Shown here in pieces: positions 55,176 through 64,000 of a stretch of DNA of 64,000 nucleotides; positions within the stretch are counted from its first letter, which is position 1, and each line of letters begins with the position of its first letter. Below the pieces are notes generated by a model. It did no database searches, had not been told where the DNA came from, and saw only the letters and a list, made by a program, of their open reading frames with translations. The DNA lies in the NCBI GenBank assembly GCA_040389645.1, contig JAZJZT010000011.1, positions 129,532-193,531 on the forward strand. The letters are read 5' to 3'. This DNA is from Pseudomonadota bacterium. GTDB taxonomy: Bacteria; Pseudomonadota; Gammaproteobacteria; Burkholderiales; Burkholderiaceae_D. The position numbers and the translations under genes are program-made.

Positions 55176-56372
55176 TCAATAATCCATCAGCACGGCTTCG
55201 ACCGGCGCCTTCGGGCGGCTCAGGATCTTGTAGTCTCCTGTGCCGCCCGGGCGGCCGACGAGGCGCCGCTCGATCAGCAATTGCTGCTGGTGCGGCGCGC
55301 CGGGCGGCGGCGCAAAAAACGTCAGGATCTGGAATTGCTGCGGCACGAACATGCGCCCGGCGGCGGCACGGTCCGCCGCGCGCGGCATTTGCGCCAGCGA
55401 ACCGGCGATCAGTTGCAACTGGCCATGCGTCAGCGGCTGGTGGTACTGGCCGACCGCGAACGCGGGCAAGGCGCCCAGCGCGGGAAAGGCCACGTGCGTA
55501 TGGCCGCTGAGCACGAGATGCGCCAGCTTGCCGCGCCGTTTCTGGTCGAAGCGGATCAGCGCATCGGCCACCGCGCTATCGTTTTTCAGGCTCATCTGGT
55601 AAGACGGACGCGGCGGCGGATAATGCACCGGGTGGTGCACGGCCAGGATGCGGAAGTCGCGCGTGACCCGGTCCGCATGAAAACCCTGCTCGGTATCGTC
55701 GGCCAGCTTTTGCAACTGGTCGGTGCCGGCTTCCGGTTCGACCCAGTTCGGATCGATGTCGACGCGGCCCAACGCCCACGAGTTGTACCAGCGGTCGTCG
55801 ATCGCGCTATTGACACTGCTGAGCAGCAGGCGCGACTGCGTATGCGGGATGGCGGCGCACAGCGGCCCCTGCGGCCACAACGGCGGAAACACGCTGCCGC
55901 GCAAGGCCTTGCGATGCGCATCGAGCGCCGCCTTCGGCGCGGCCAGCGGGAATTGCCCCGGCCAGGCGTCGTGGTTGCCATATAACACCAGCAATTCACT
56001 GGCCTTTAAAATTGCCTGGTATTCCTGCAACCACTTGCAGGCCGTCTGCAGCGATCCGATGTCTCCCATCGAACTGAGGTCGCCCGTGTCGAGCAGCCAG
56101 GTCTCGATGCCGCCGAACTGTTTATCGTGCGCGAACCAGCGCAGGAAGCGGCACATTTTCTCGTGCGCGCACGGGTCGTGCCCGGCCAGTCCCTGCTCCC
56201 ACAATACTTCGACCAGGTTGGCCCGCTCGCGCGAACCGGCTCGCCGCAGCAATTTGACCAGGTTTTGCACCAGGCGTTCGGCGCGCAGGTCGGTCGGAGA
56301 ACTGCCATCGCGGCAATGGATGTCGGACACATGGATAATGTGCAGGAATGCCTCGAAATTATTGAAAGGCAT
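55176..56372 (-). CDS. Calcineurin-like metallophosphoesterase
   Basis: All five motifs present: HVSDIH, DTGDL, GNHD, VHHP, SGHTH. Confidence 0.88.
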   Translation of the reverse strand: MPFNNFEAFLHIIHVSDIHCRDGSSPTDLRAERLVQNLVKLLRRAGSRERANLVEVLWEQGLAGHDPCAHEKMCRFLRWFAHDKQFGGIETWLLDTGDLSSMGDIGSLQTACKWLQEYQAILKASELLVLYGNHDAWPGQFPLAAPKAALDAHRKALRGSVFPPLWPQGPLCAAIPHTQSRLLLSSVNSAIDDRWYNSWALGRVDIDPNWVEPEAGTDQLQKLADDTEQGFHADRVTRDFRILAVHHPVHYPPPRPSYQMSLKNDSAVADALIRFDQKRRGKLAHLVLSGHTHVAFPALGALPAFAVGQYHQPLTHGQLQLIAGSLAQMPRAADRAAAGRMFVPQQFQILTFFAPPPGAPHQQQLLIERRLVGRPGGTGDYKILSRPKAPVEAVLMDY

Positions 56373-56382
56373 GATAATTCCC

Positions 56383-56931
56383 CTAAAAATCCTCGCGCAG
56401 CAGGCGCTTCGCGTCTTCGCCCAGTTCGCGCCGGATCGCTTCCGCCAGTTTTTGCCTTAAACGGTGCAGGCGCTGGCGCGCGCGCGCATCGGGCGCCGGC
56501 GCGCCATCGCCGCCCAGGCCGATGGCCTCCGCCAGCAGCAGGCGGTCCGGCTCGGCCAGTTGCGCCAGTTCGTCGATGCAGATGCGCAGCATCTGCCGGT
56601 ACAGCATCGCCTTCACCCGGTCCGCGCCGCCGCTGCCGGCCTGCTCCAGCTCGGGCAGGCTGTCCAGGCTCAAGGTGCGGCCTTGCACGCCCTTGCGGAA
56701 CACGTCCGCCGCGCGGCGCCGGAAGATCGCATACGCCAGCCGGCGCACCGCCGGCGCATCGACCTGCGCACCATCGGCGCGCGCGGCCAGGTATTCCCAC
56801 AAATCGGACAGCGCCTGCCCGATCAGGTCGTCGACCTCCGCGCGCAAGGCGGGAAAATGCCTGCGGCCATAGCTGCGCAACGCGGTACGCAAGGCGTCGA
56901 GCTGGAGGCCGGTGAGCTGTTCAGCAGACAT
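56383..56931 (-). CDS. ECF-type sigma factor-like protein with atypical region 4
   Basis: EVDDLIGQALSDLW and LAYAIFRRRAADVFRK (region 2); LAQLAEPDR..L and RQRLHRLRQKL (region 4). Confidence 0.72.
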   Translation of the reverse strand: MSAEQLTGLQLDALRTALRSYGRRHFPALRAEVDDLIGQALSDLWEYLAARADGAQVDAPAVRRLAYAIFRRRAADVFRKGVQGRTLSLDSLPELEQAGSGGADRVKAMLYRQMLRICIDELAQLAEPDRLLLAEAIGLGGDGAPAPDARARQRLHRLRQKLAEAIRRELGEDAKRLLREDF

Positions 56932-56964
56932 GTCCCGTCATCAAAAAAATTCGTGGCAGCAGCC

Positions 56965-57131
56965 GTATACCGCTAAGTCAGCGTCAAATTTGTCATTCCG
57001 GACCGCCGCTCAGGCGGGAATCCAAGTTTCGTTGCGCCGTCCGAGACACAAAATGGGATTCCCGCCTGAGCGGCGGTCCGGCGATCCGGAATGACAGAGC
57101 TACGGTCTGTGGCATTAACTTAGCGGCATTG
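56965..57131. mobile_element. IS4-ended REP-doublet MITE, copy F (variant arms)
   Basis: GTATACCGCTAAGTCAGCGTCAAATTTGTCATTCC...GGAATGAC...GGTCTGTGG...TAACTTAGCGGCATTG. Confidence 0.78.
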
Positions 57132-57324
57132 CATCGGCCACCATTTGCGGTTTGACCAAAGATGGGGGACAAGGTTCGCCCGCGCTGCCGGCACGCCACG
57201 TTTTTTGCCCCTTTTTGGTGCCGCGCGCAGCGCTGCCCGCTTGTGCAGCGGTAAATTTCTGATGTGCCGGGCAATTGAGTACAATACGACAACGTCCCTA
57301 TACTTCCACCACCGCCACGTCGCC

Positions 57325-58260
57325 ATGAACCAACTCGAACAGCTCAAGCAATACACTACCGTCGTTGCCGATACCGGCGATTTCCAGTCGATCAAGGCGT
57401 ACACCCCGCGCGACGCCACCACCAACCCGTCGCTGATCCTGAAGGCGGTGCAGAAGGATGAATACAAGCCGCTGCTGGAAAAGGCCGTGCGCGACAATCC
57501 GCATGCGTCGACCGGCGACATCATCGACCATTTGCTGATCGCCTTCGGCAGCGAAATCCTGAAGATCATCCCGGGCCGCGTGTCGACCGAGATCGATGCG
57601 CGCCTGTCGTTCGATGTCGAAGGCAATGTGGCCAAGGGCCGCGAACTGATCGCGCTGTACGCCAAGGCCGGCATTCCGCGCGAGCGCATCCTGATTAAAA
57701 TTGCCTCGACCTGGGAAGGCATCCGCGCCGCCGAGATCCTGGAACAGGAAGGCATCCGCTGCAACATGACATTGCTGTTCTCGCTGGGCCAGGCGATCGC
57801 CTGCGCCGAAGCCGGCGCGCAACTGATTTCGCCCTTCGTCGGCCGCATTTACGACTGGTTCAAGAAAACCACGGCCATCGATTACGTCGGCGCCGAAGAC
57901 CCGGGCGTACAATCGGTCAAGCGCATCTACAATTACTACCGCAAGTTCGGCTACAAGACCGAAGTCATGGGCGCGAGCTTCCGCAACACCGGGCAGATCA
58001 TCGAACTGGCCGGCTGCGACCTGTTGACCATCAGCCCGGAATTGCTGCAACAACTGGCCGACAGTAACGCGCCGGTCGAGCGCAAGCTGAGCATGGATGC
58101 CGGCGCCACGTCGAACCTGTCGAAAATGTCGCTCGATGAAAAAACCTTCCGCTTCATGCTCAATGAAGATGCGATGGCGACCGAAAAACTGGCCGAGGGC
58201 ATCCGCGCCTTCTGCGCCGATTCCGGCAAGCTGAAGCAGATCATTTCCGGCATGCGTTGA
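57325..58260 (+). CDS. tal: Transaldolase
   Basis: [40 protein letters not shown]. Confidence 0.97.
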   Translation: MNQLEQLKQYTTVVADTGDFQSIKAYTPRDATTNPSLILKAVQKDEYKPLLEKAVRDNPHASTGDIIDHLLIAFGSEILKIIPGRVSTEIDARLSFDVEGNVAKGRELIALYAKAGIPRERILIKIASTWEGIRAAEILEQEGIRCNMTLLFSLGQAIACAEAGAQLISPFVGRIYDWFKKTTAIDYVGAEDPGVQSVKRIYNYYRKFGYKTEVMGASFRNTGQIIELAGCDLLTISPELLQQLADSNAPVERKLSMDAGATSNLSKMSLDEKTFRFMLNEDAMATEKLAEGIRAFCADSGKLKQIISGMR

Positions 58261-58286
58261 CACCCGGCAGCGCCCCTCAAGCCGAC

Positions 58287-58316
58287 GGGAGCCTTGCGCA
58301 AGCGGGCTCCCATTTT
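58287..58316 (+). terminator. Intrinsic terminator after tal
   Basis: GGGAGCC...GGCTCCC-ATTTT. Confidence 0.65.
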
Positions 58317-58450
58317 CTTGTTAACAATATTAACAAAAACATAAGTTATAACAAAACGTTACATTTGCCTCTGTTATACAATGTGCGCCACTTGCCTTGC
58401 AGCGTACCGCCAGGGCGCACCAGCCAACTATTTTCCATCACGGGACATTC

Positions 58451-59674
58451 ATGAGAACAAGCCCTCGCTACCTTCCTGTTGCCGCAGCATTCATCGGCCT
58501 GTCCCTGCTGTCCGCCTGCGGCAAAAAGGATGACAAGGCGGCCGGCGGCCCGCCACCGCCGCCCGGCGTGGCCGTGGTCACCGTCGCGCCGGCGGCGCTG
58601 ACCGTCAGCACCGAGCTGCCGGGGCGCCTGGAAGCGTCGCGCGTGGCGCAGGTGCGTGCGCGCACGCCGGGCATCGTGCTCAAGCGCGTGTACCAGGAAG
58701 GCAGCGACGTCAAGGCTGGCGACATCCTGTTCCGCATCGACCCGGCCTCGTACCAGGCGTCGTATGACAGCGCGCAGGCCGCCGTGGCCAAGGCCGAGGC
58801 GAACCTGGCGCAGGCCGATCTGAAAGTCAAACGCTACAAGCCGCTGCTGGCCGCGCAGGCCGTCAGCAATCAGGAATACGACGACGCGGCGACCGCGCAG
58901 AAACAGGCCGCCGCCGACCTGGCGACGGCGCGCGCGGCGCGCCAGAACGCCGGCCTGACGCTCGGTTACGCCACCGTCACGGCGCCGATCTCCGGGCGCG
59001 TCGGGCGCGCGCTGGTGACCGAAGGCGCGCTGGTCGGACAGGGAGAAGCGACGCCGATGGCCACCGTGCAGACGCTGGACCCGATCTATGTGACGATCAC
59101 CCAGTCCGCCACCGACATGCTGCGCCTGCAACAGGCGCTCGCCAGCGGCAAGCTGAAAAGCGCCGGCAAGGGCAATGCCCGCGTGACCCTGGTGACCGAC
59201 GACGGCCAAGTGTACCCGCAGGCCGGCAAGCTGCTGTTCTCCGACGTCGCCGTCGATGAAAGCACCGGCGCGGTTTCTCTGCGCGCCGAATTCCCGAACC
59301 CGAACCGCGCGCTGCTGCCGGGCATGTATGTGCGCGCGCGGCTGGAGCAGGCCGTCAACGAATCCGCCATCGCCGTGCCGCAGCAAGCCGTCGTGCGCGG
59401 ACCGGACGGCGCCTCGGTGATGGTGGTCGACGCCGACAACAAGGTCGTCGCGCAACCGGTCAAGGCCGACACCGCGCAAGGCGGCAACTGGATCGTCAGT
59501 TCCGGCCTGAAGGGCGGCGAACGCATCATCGTCGAAGGCTTCCAGAAAGCCAAGCCGGGCAGCACCGTCAAGCCGACTCCGTGGCAGGGCGCGGCGGCCG
59601 CGCCAGGGACCGCTTCGTCCGCCCCTTCCGCTCCTGCCGCCCCCGCCGCCAGCGGCCCGGCAGCATCCAAATAA
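58451..59674 (+). CDS. acrA: RND periplasmic adaptor (AcrA/MexA family)
   Basis: LSAC lipobox, ELPGR, APISG, LDPIYV, LLPGMYVRA. Confidence 0.93.
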   Translation: MRTSPRYLPVAAAFIGLSLLSACGKKDDKAAGGPPPPPGVAVVTVAPAALTVSTELPGRLEASRVAQVRARTPGIVLKRVYQEGSDVKAGDILFRIDPASYQASYDSAQAAVAKAEANLAQADLKVKRYKPLLAAQAVSNQEYDDAATAQKQAAADLATARAARQNAGLTLGYATVTAPISGRVGRALVTEGALVGQGEATPMATVQTLDPIYVTITQSATDMLRLQQALASGKLKSAGKGNARVTLVTDDGQVYPQAGKLLFSDVAVDESTGAVSLRAEFPNPNRALLPGMYVRARLEQAVNESAIAVPQQAVVRGPDGASVMVVDADNKVVAQPVKADTAQGGNWIVSSGLKGGERIIVEGFQKAKPGSTVKPTPWQGAAAAPGTASSAPSAPAAPAASGPAASK

Positions 59675-59686
59675 GCGGGAGACCCG

Positions 59687-62600
59687 ATGGCAAAATTCTT
59701 CATCGACCGGCCCGTTTTCGCATGGGTCATCGCCCTCTTCATCCTGCTCGGCGGCGCGCTGTCGATCACGATGCTGCCGGTGGCGCAATATCCGACCATC
59801 GCGCCGCCGTCCATCGTCATCACCGCCAACTATCCCGGCGCGACCGCGCAGGTGCTCGACGATGCCGTCACCAGCGTGATCGAGCAGGAAATGAACGGCG
59901 CCGACGGCTTGCAATATGTCGAGTCGCAAAGCGAGTCCAATGGCGCGGTGACGATCACCGTCACCTTCCTGCCCGGCACCAACCCGGACCTGGCGGCGGT
60001 CGACGTGCAAAACCGCATCAAGCGCGTCGAATCGCGCCTGCCGCAAGCCGTCACGCAGCAGGGCGTGCAGGTCAACAAGGCGCGCAGCAACATCCTGATG
60101 TTCGTCGGCATGACCTCGACCGACGGCAAGATGGACCCGACCGCGCTGGGCGACTACATGGCGCGCAACGTCGTCAATGAAATCAAGCGTCTGCCCGGCG
60201 TCGGCCAGGCGCAACTGTTCGGCTCCGAGCGCGCGATGCGGATCTGGGTCGATCCGGCCAAACTGGTCGGCTACAAGCTGACGATGGCCGACGTCACCGC
60301 CGCGATCCGCGCGCAGAATGCGCAAGTCACGTCCGGCACGCTGGGCGATTTGCCGGCGCCGCAACAGCAGGCATATTCGGCGCCGATCGTCGTCACCGGC
60401 CAGCTGACGTCGGCCGAGGAATTCAACAACATCGTGTTGCGCGCCAATCCGAACGGTTCGCTGGTGCGTTTGAAAGATGTCGCCCGCGCCGAGATGGCCG
60501 GCGCCAGCTACAGCATCAGCGCGCGCCTGGACGGCAAGCCTTTCGTGGCGATCGCCGTGCAGCAATCGCTGACCGGCAATGCGCTGGCCACGGCCGCCGT
60601 GGTGCGCGCGAAAATGGATGAACTGGCCAAGTTCTTCCCGCCCGGCGTCAAGTACACGGTGCCGTACGACACCTCGCTGTTCGTCAAGATCTCGATCGAG
60701 GAAGTGGTCAAGACGCTGCTCGAAGCGGTGCTGCTGGTGTTCCTGGTGATGTACCTGTTCCTGCAGAATTTCCGCTACACCTTGATTCCGACCATCGTCG
60801 TGCCGGTCGCCCTGCTCGGCACCTTCGCCGTGATGCAGCTGGCCGGCTTCTCGATCAACGTGCTGACGATGTTCGGCATGGTGCTGGCAATCGGCATCCT
60901 GGTTGATGACGCCATCGTCGTCGTCGAGAACGTCGAGCGCATCATGAGCGAGGAAGGGCTGTCGCCGCGCGACGCCACGCGCAAGGCGATGTCGCAGATC
61001 ACCGGCGCCATCATCGGCATCACGCTGGTGCTGATCGCCGTGTTCATCCCGATGGCCTTCTTCGGCGGCGCCGTGGGCGCGATCTACCGCCAGTTCTCGC
61101 TGTCGATGGTGTCGTCGATGGTGTTCTCGGCGCTGATGGCGCTGACCCTGACGCCGGCGCTGTGCGCGACCATCCTGAAACCGGTCGAAGCGGGCCACCA
61201 CCACGAAAAACGCGGCTTCTTCGGCTGGTTCAACCGCCGCTTCGCCGTCACCGCCAGCGGCTACCAGGGCATGATCGCCAAGATCCTCGGACGCACCGGC
61301 CGCTTCATGCTGGTGTTCCTCTTGATCTGCGGCGTGGTCGCGTGGCTGTACGCCAGGCTGCCGTCATCGTTCCTGCCGAACGAAGATCAAGGTTACATCA
61401 TCACCAACGTGCAGTTGCCGGCCGGCGCGTCGAAAAGCCGCACCGAGGCGGTCTTGAGCAAGGTCGAAGATTACTTCCGCAAGCAGCCCGGCGTGGCGCG
61501 CACGATCGCCGTGGCCGGCTTCAGCTTCTCGGGCAACGGCCAGAACGCCGGCCTGGTGTTCGTGCCGCTGAAGGACTGGGACGAGCGCGGCCCCGAAGAT
61601 TCGGCCGAAAAAATCGCCGGCAAGGCCTTCGGCGCCTTGTCCGGCATCGCCGACGCCGTCGTGTTCCCGCTCAGCCCACCACCGATCCGGGAGCTCGGCA
61701 ACGCCACCGGCTTCACCGTGCGCCTGCAGGACCGCAGCGGGCAAGGCCACGCGGCGCTGATCGCCGCGCGCAACCAGTTGGTCGGCATGGCCGGCAAGAG
61801 CGCCGTGCTGAAAAGCATGCGCCCGGAAGGACTGGAAGACGCGCCGCAACTGCAACTCGACATCGACCGCGAGAAGGCCAACGCGCTCGGCGTCGGCTTT
61901 GCCGACATCAACGCCATGCTGTCGAGCGCACTCGGTTCCAGTTACGTCAACGACTTCACCAGCGCCGGCCGCCAGCAGCGCGTGATCGTGCAGGCCGACG
62001 CGCCGACGCGGCTGCAACCGGACGACATCCTGCGCCTGCACGTGCGCAGTGCCAGCGGAACGATGGTGCCGTTCTCGTCGTTCTCCAGCTCGCACTGGAT
62101 CAACGGCCCCGTGCAACTGGTGCGCTACAACGGCTACCCCGCCATCAAGCTCAGTGGCGACGCGGCGCCCGGGCGCAGCACCGGCGAGGCGATGGACGAA
62201 GTGGAAAACCTGGCGAAACAGCTGCCGCCCGGCTTCGGCATCGAATGGACCGGCCAGTCGCTGGAAGAAAAGACGTCCGGCTCGCAAGCGCCGGCGCTGT
62301 TCGCGCTGTCGATGCTGGCCGCCTTCCTGGTGCTGGCCGCGCTGTATGAAAGCGAATCGATCCCGGTAGCCGTGCTGCTGGTGGTGCCGCTCGGTATCCT
62401 CGGCGCGCTGCTCGGCGCGACCTTGCGCGGCATGCCGAACGATGTCTACTTCAAGGTCGGCCTGATCGCCATCATCGGCCTGTCGGCGAAAAACGCGATC
62501 CTGATCATCGAGTTCGCCAAGGATCTGCAAGCGCAAGGCAAGGGCTTGATCGAAGCGACACTGGAAGCGGTGCACCTGCGCTTCCGCCCGATCATCATGA

Positions 62601-62839
62601 CCTCGCTCGCCTTCATCCTCGGCGTGCTGCCCCTGGTGATCGCCACCGGCGCCGGTTCGGCCAGCCAGCGCGCGATCGGCACCGGCGTGATGGGCGGCAT
62701 GATCACCGCCACCGTGCTGGCCGTGTTCCTGGTACCGGTATTCTTTGTCGTGGTGCGCAAGATATTCAAGGGCAGCGAACGCCAGCGCCGCCTGGCCGCG
62801 CATGAACTCGACCTGCCTGCGGAGAAAAAGCATGACTAA
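59687..62839 (+). CDS. acrB: RND inner-membrane transporter (AcrB/MexB family)
   Basis: FFIDRPVFAWV, GILVDDAIVVVENVER, KNAILI, RFRPIIMTS. Confidence 0.96.
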   Translation: MAKFFIDRPVFAWVIALFILLGGALSITMLPVAQYPTIAPPSIVITANYPGATAQVLDDAVTSVIEQEMNGADGLQYVESQSESNGAVTITVTFLPGTNPDLAAVDVQNRIKRVESRLPQAVTQQGVQVNKARSNILMFVGMTSTDGKMDPTALGDYMARNVVNEIKRLPGVGQAQLFGSERAMRIWVDPAKLVGYKLTMADVTAAIRAQNAQVTSGTLGDLPAPQQQAYSAPIVVTGQLTSAEEFNNIVLRANPNGSLVRLKDVARAEMAGASYSISARLDGKPFVAIAVQQSLTGNALATAAVVRAKMDELAKFFPPGVKYTVPYDTSLFVKISIEEVVKTLLEAVLLVFLVMYLFLQNFRYTLIPTIVVPVALLGTFAVMQLAGFSINVLTMFGMVLAIGILVDDAIVVVENVERIMSEEGLSPRDATRKAMSQITGAIIGITLVLIAVFIPMAFFGGAVGAIYRQFSLSMVSSMVFSALMALTLTPALCATILKPVEAGHHHEKRGFFGWFNRRFAVTASGYQGMIAKILGRTGRFMLVFLLICGVVAWLYARLPSSFLPNEDQGYIITNVQLPAGASKSRTEAVLSKVEDYFRKQPGVARTIAVAGFSFSGNGQNAGLVFVPLKDWDERGPEDSAEKIAGKAFGALSGIADAVVFPLSPPPIRELGNATGFTVRLQDRSGQGHAALIAARNQLVGMAGKSAVLKSMRPEGLEDAPQLQLDIDREKANALGVGFADINAMLSSALGSSYVNDFTSAGRQQRVIVQADAPTRLQPDDILRLHVRSASGTMVPFSSFSSSHWINGPVQLVRYNGYPAIKLSGDAAPGRSTGEAMDEVENLAKQLPPGFGIEWTGQSLEEKTSGSQAPALFALSMLAAFLVLAALYESESIPVAVLLVVPLGILGALLGATLRGMPNDVYFKVGLIAIIGLSAKNAILIIEFAKDLQAQGKGLIEATLEAVHLRFRPIIMTSLAFILGVLPLVIATGAGSASQRAIGTGVMGGMITATVLAVFLVPVFFVVVRKIFKGSERQRRLAAHELDLPAEKKHD

Positions 62840-64000
62840 ACCCCTGATTCCACTCCGTTTGCCAATGAGCGCGATGGCGGCGGCGCTGCTGCTGGCCGGC
62901 TGCTCGATGGCGCCGACGTACCAGCGCCCCGCCGCGCCGGTGGCGGAGACTTATCCCGCCTCGGCCAGCACCGCCACCGCGGGACAGGCGGCGGCCGATA
63001 CCGGCTGGCGCGACTATTTCACCGATGCGCGCCTGCAGCAACTGATCGCGGCCGCGCTGGAAAACAACCGCGACCTGCGCACGGCGGCGCTGCGCATCGA
63101 GGAAGCGCGCGCGGCCTACGACATCCAGTCGGCCGACCGCCTGCCGAGCGTCAACGCGTCGCTGGGCGCCGCCCGCGCCGGCACGCCAGGCTTCCTGTCG
63201 CCCACAGGGAGGCCGACGGTGGGCAAGCGTTTCGACGTCGGCCTGTCGATGGCCTCGTTCGAACTGGACTTTTTCGGGCGCGTCAAAAGCCTGAACGACG
63301 CGGCGCTGGCGAACTATCTCGCCACCGACGAGGCGCGCCAGGCGGCGCAGATCGGCATCGTGGCCGAGGTGGCGAAAGCCTGGTTCACCGAGCGCGCCTA
63401 TGCCGAACAATACGAACTGGCGCGGCAGACTTATGAAGCGCGCGCGCGCACCTATAAACTCACGCAACAGCGCGTCGAAGGCGGCGCGTCGTCCCGCCTG
63501 GATTTAAGGTCGAACGAAACGCTGATGGAAACGGCGCGCGTGGCGGCGCTGACGCTGGCGCGCCAGCGCGCCCAGGCCGAGAATGCGCTGACGCTGCTGG
63601 TCGGCCAGCCGGCGACGGCGCTGACCGCCGACGCGATGACGAAAACGGCGATGCCCGGCGACGCCGCCATCGATGCGATGAGCGCCGTGCTGGAAGGCTT
63701 GCCGTCGGATTTATTGGCGCGCCGGCCCGACATCCGCGCCGCCGAGCAGCGCCTGAAGGCGGCCAACGCCAACATCGGCGCGGCGCGCGCAGCCTTCTTC
63801 CCGCGCATCAGCCTGACGGCGGCGATCGGCAGCAGCAGCCCGGCGATTTCGCAACTGTTCGACAGCGGCAACGGCAGTTGGTCGTTCGCGCCGCAACTGG
63901 TGCAACCGATCTTCGACGCCGGCCGCAACCGCGCCAACCTGTCGCTGAGCGAAGTGCGCAAGAACCTGGCCGTGGCCGATTACGAAAAAACCATCCAGGT
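62832..64000 (+). CDS. oprM: OprM/NodT outer-membrane efflux lipoprotein, runs off the window
   Basis: Manual translation: MTKPLIP...LLAGCSMAPTYQRP, ALENNRDLR, FELDFFGR, RRPDIRAAE, AAFFPRISL. Confidence 0.92.
   Translation, partial: MTKPLIPLRLPMSAMAAALLLAGCSMAPTYQRPAAPVAETYPASASTATAGQAAADTGWRDYFTDARLQQLIAAALENNRDLRTAALRIEEARAAYDIQSADRLPSVNASLGAARAGTPGFLSPTGRPTVGKRFDVGLSMASFELDFFGRVKSLNDAALANYLATDEARQAAQIGIVAEVAKAWFTERAYAEQYELARQTYEARARTYKLTQQRVEGGASSRLDLRSNETLMETARVAALTLARQRAQAENALTLLVGQPATALTADAMTKTAMPGDAAIDAMSAVLEGLPSDLLARRPDIRAAEQRLKAANANIGAARAAFFPRISLTAAIGSSSPAISQLFDSGNGSWSFAPQLVQPIFDAGRNRANLSLSEVRKNLAVADYEKTIQ

Noticed and set aside
52004-57131. Composite transposon formed by MITE E and F around the rtcB2 block
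   Set aside because: The outer flanks (GGGCCGGCTCT versus CATCGGCCACC) do not match, and E has its own partial duplication, which suggests independent insertions.
57145-57324. Extended N-termini in the ORF track for tal (also ibpA, fadD, hexR, GNAT, PRC genes)
   Set aside because: Family-typical starts, most with an SD or promoter signal, lie downstream.
58346-61204. Very long antisense ORFs (952 aa here; also 9353-11317, 15741-17711, 995-2509)
   Set aside because: Shadow frames opposite well-conserved genes in GC-rich DNA, with no motifs or RBS.

Overview
GC-rich betaproteobacterial chromosome segment. Gene content and order suggest Oxalobacteraceae (Massilia-like); this is an inference. 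The core backbone is S2P-yciO-htpX-PHP, hslO, ftsB-eno-kdsA-pyrG, degQ-qseBC-like, ibpA, hrpA-argA-yggX-rpiA, the Entner-Doudoroff/HexR cluster (eda-edd-pgi-lactonase-zwf-hexR), tal and an AcrAB-OprM RND pump. Small accessory modules are interleaved: a heme receptor with a signal-peptide-bearing HemS, porin-FadD-TesB, and RtcB2-PrfH with an orphan, a metallophosphoesterase and an ECF sigma. I saw no rRNA, tRNA, CRISPR array or transposase. Main observations: (1) a 19-codon leader ORF with mutually exclusive RNA helices upstream of rtcB2-prfH, which looks like a translation-sensing attenuator for ribosome repair; (2) six copies of a ~145-177 bp non-autonomous element with IS4-like 16-bp ends, 11-bp flanking direct repeats in the intact copies, and an internal CGTC/dRS3-type REP doublet; (3) a CoaD-like nucleotidyltransferase fused to an HD hydrolase; (4) an ECF sigma-metallophosphoesterase pair beside the RNA-repair genes; (5) a probably periplasmic HemS. 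A second 62-bp hairpin repeat family, a ROSE-like thermometer, Fur/HexR/OmpR/QseB-like boxes and several leaderless-gene signatures are also visible. All calls come from reading the sequence; no searches or folding programs were run.
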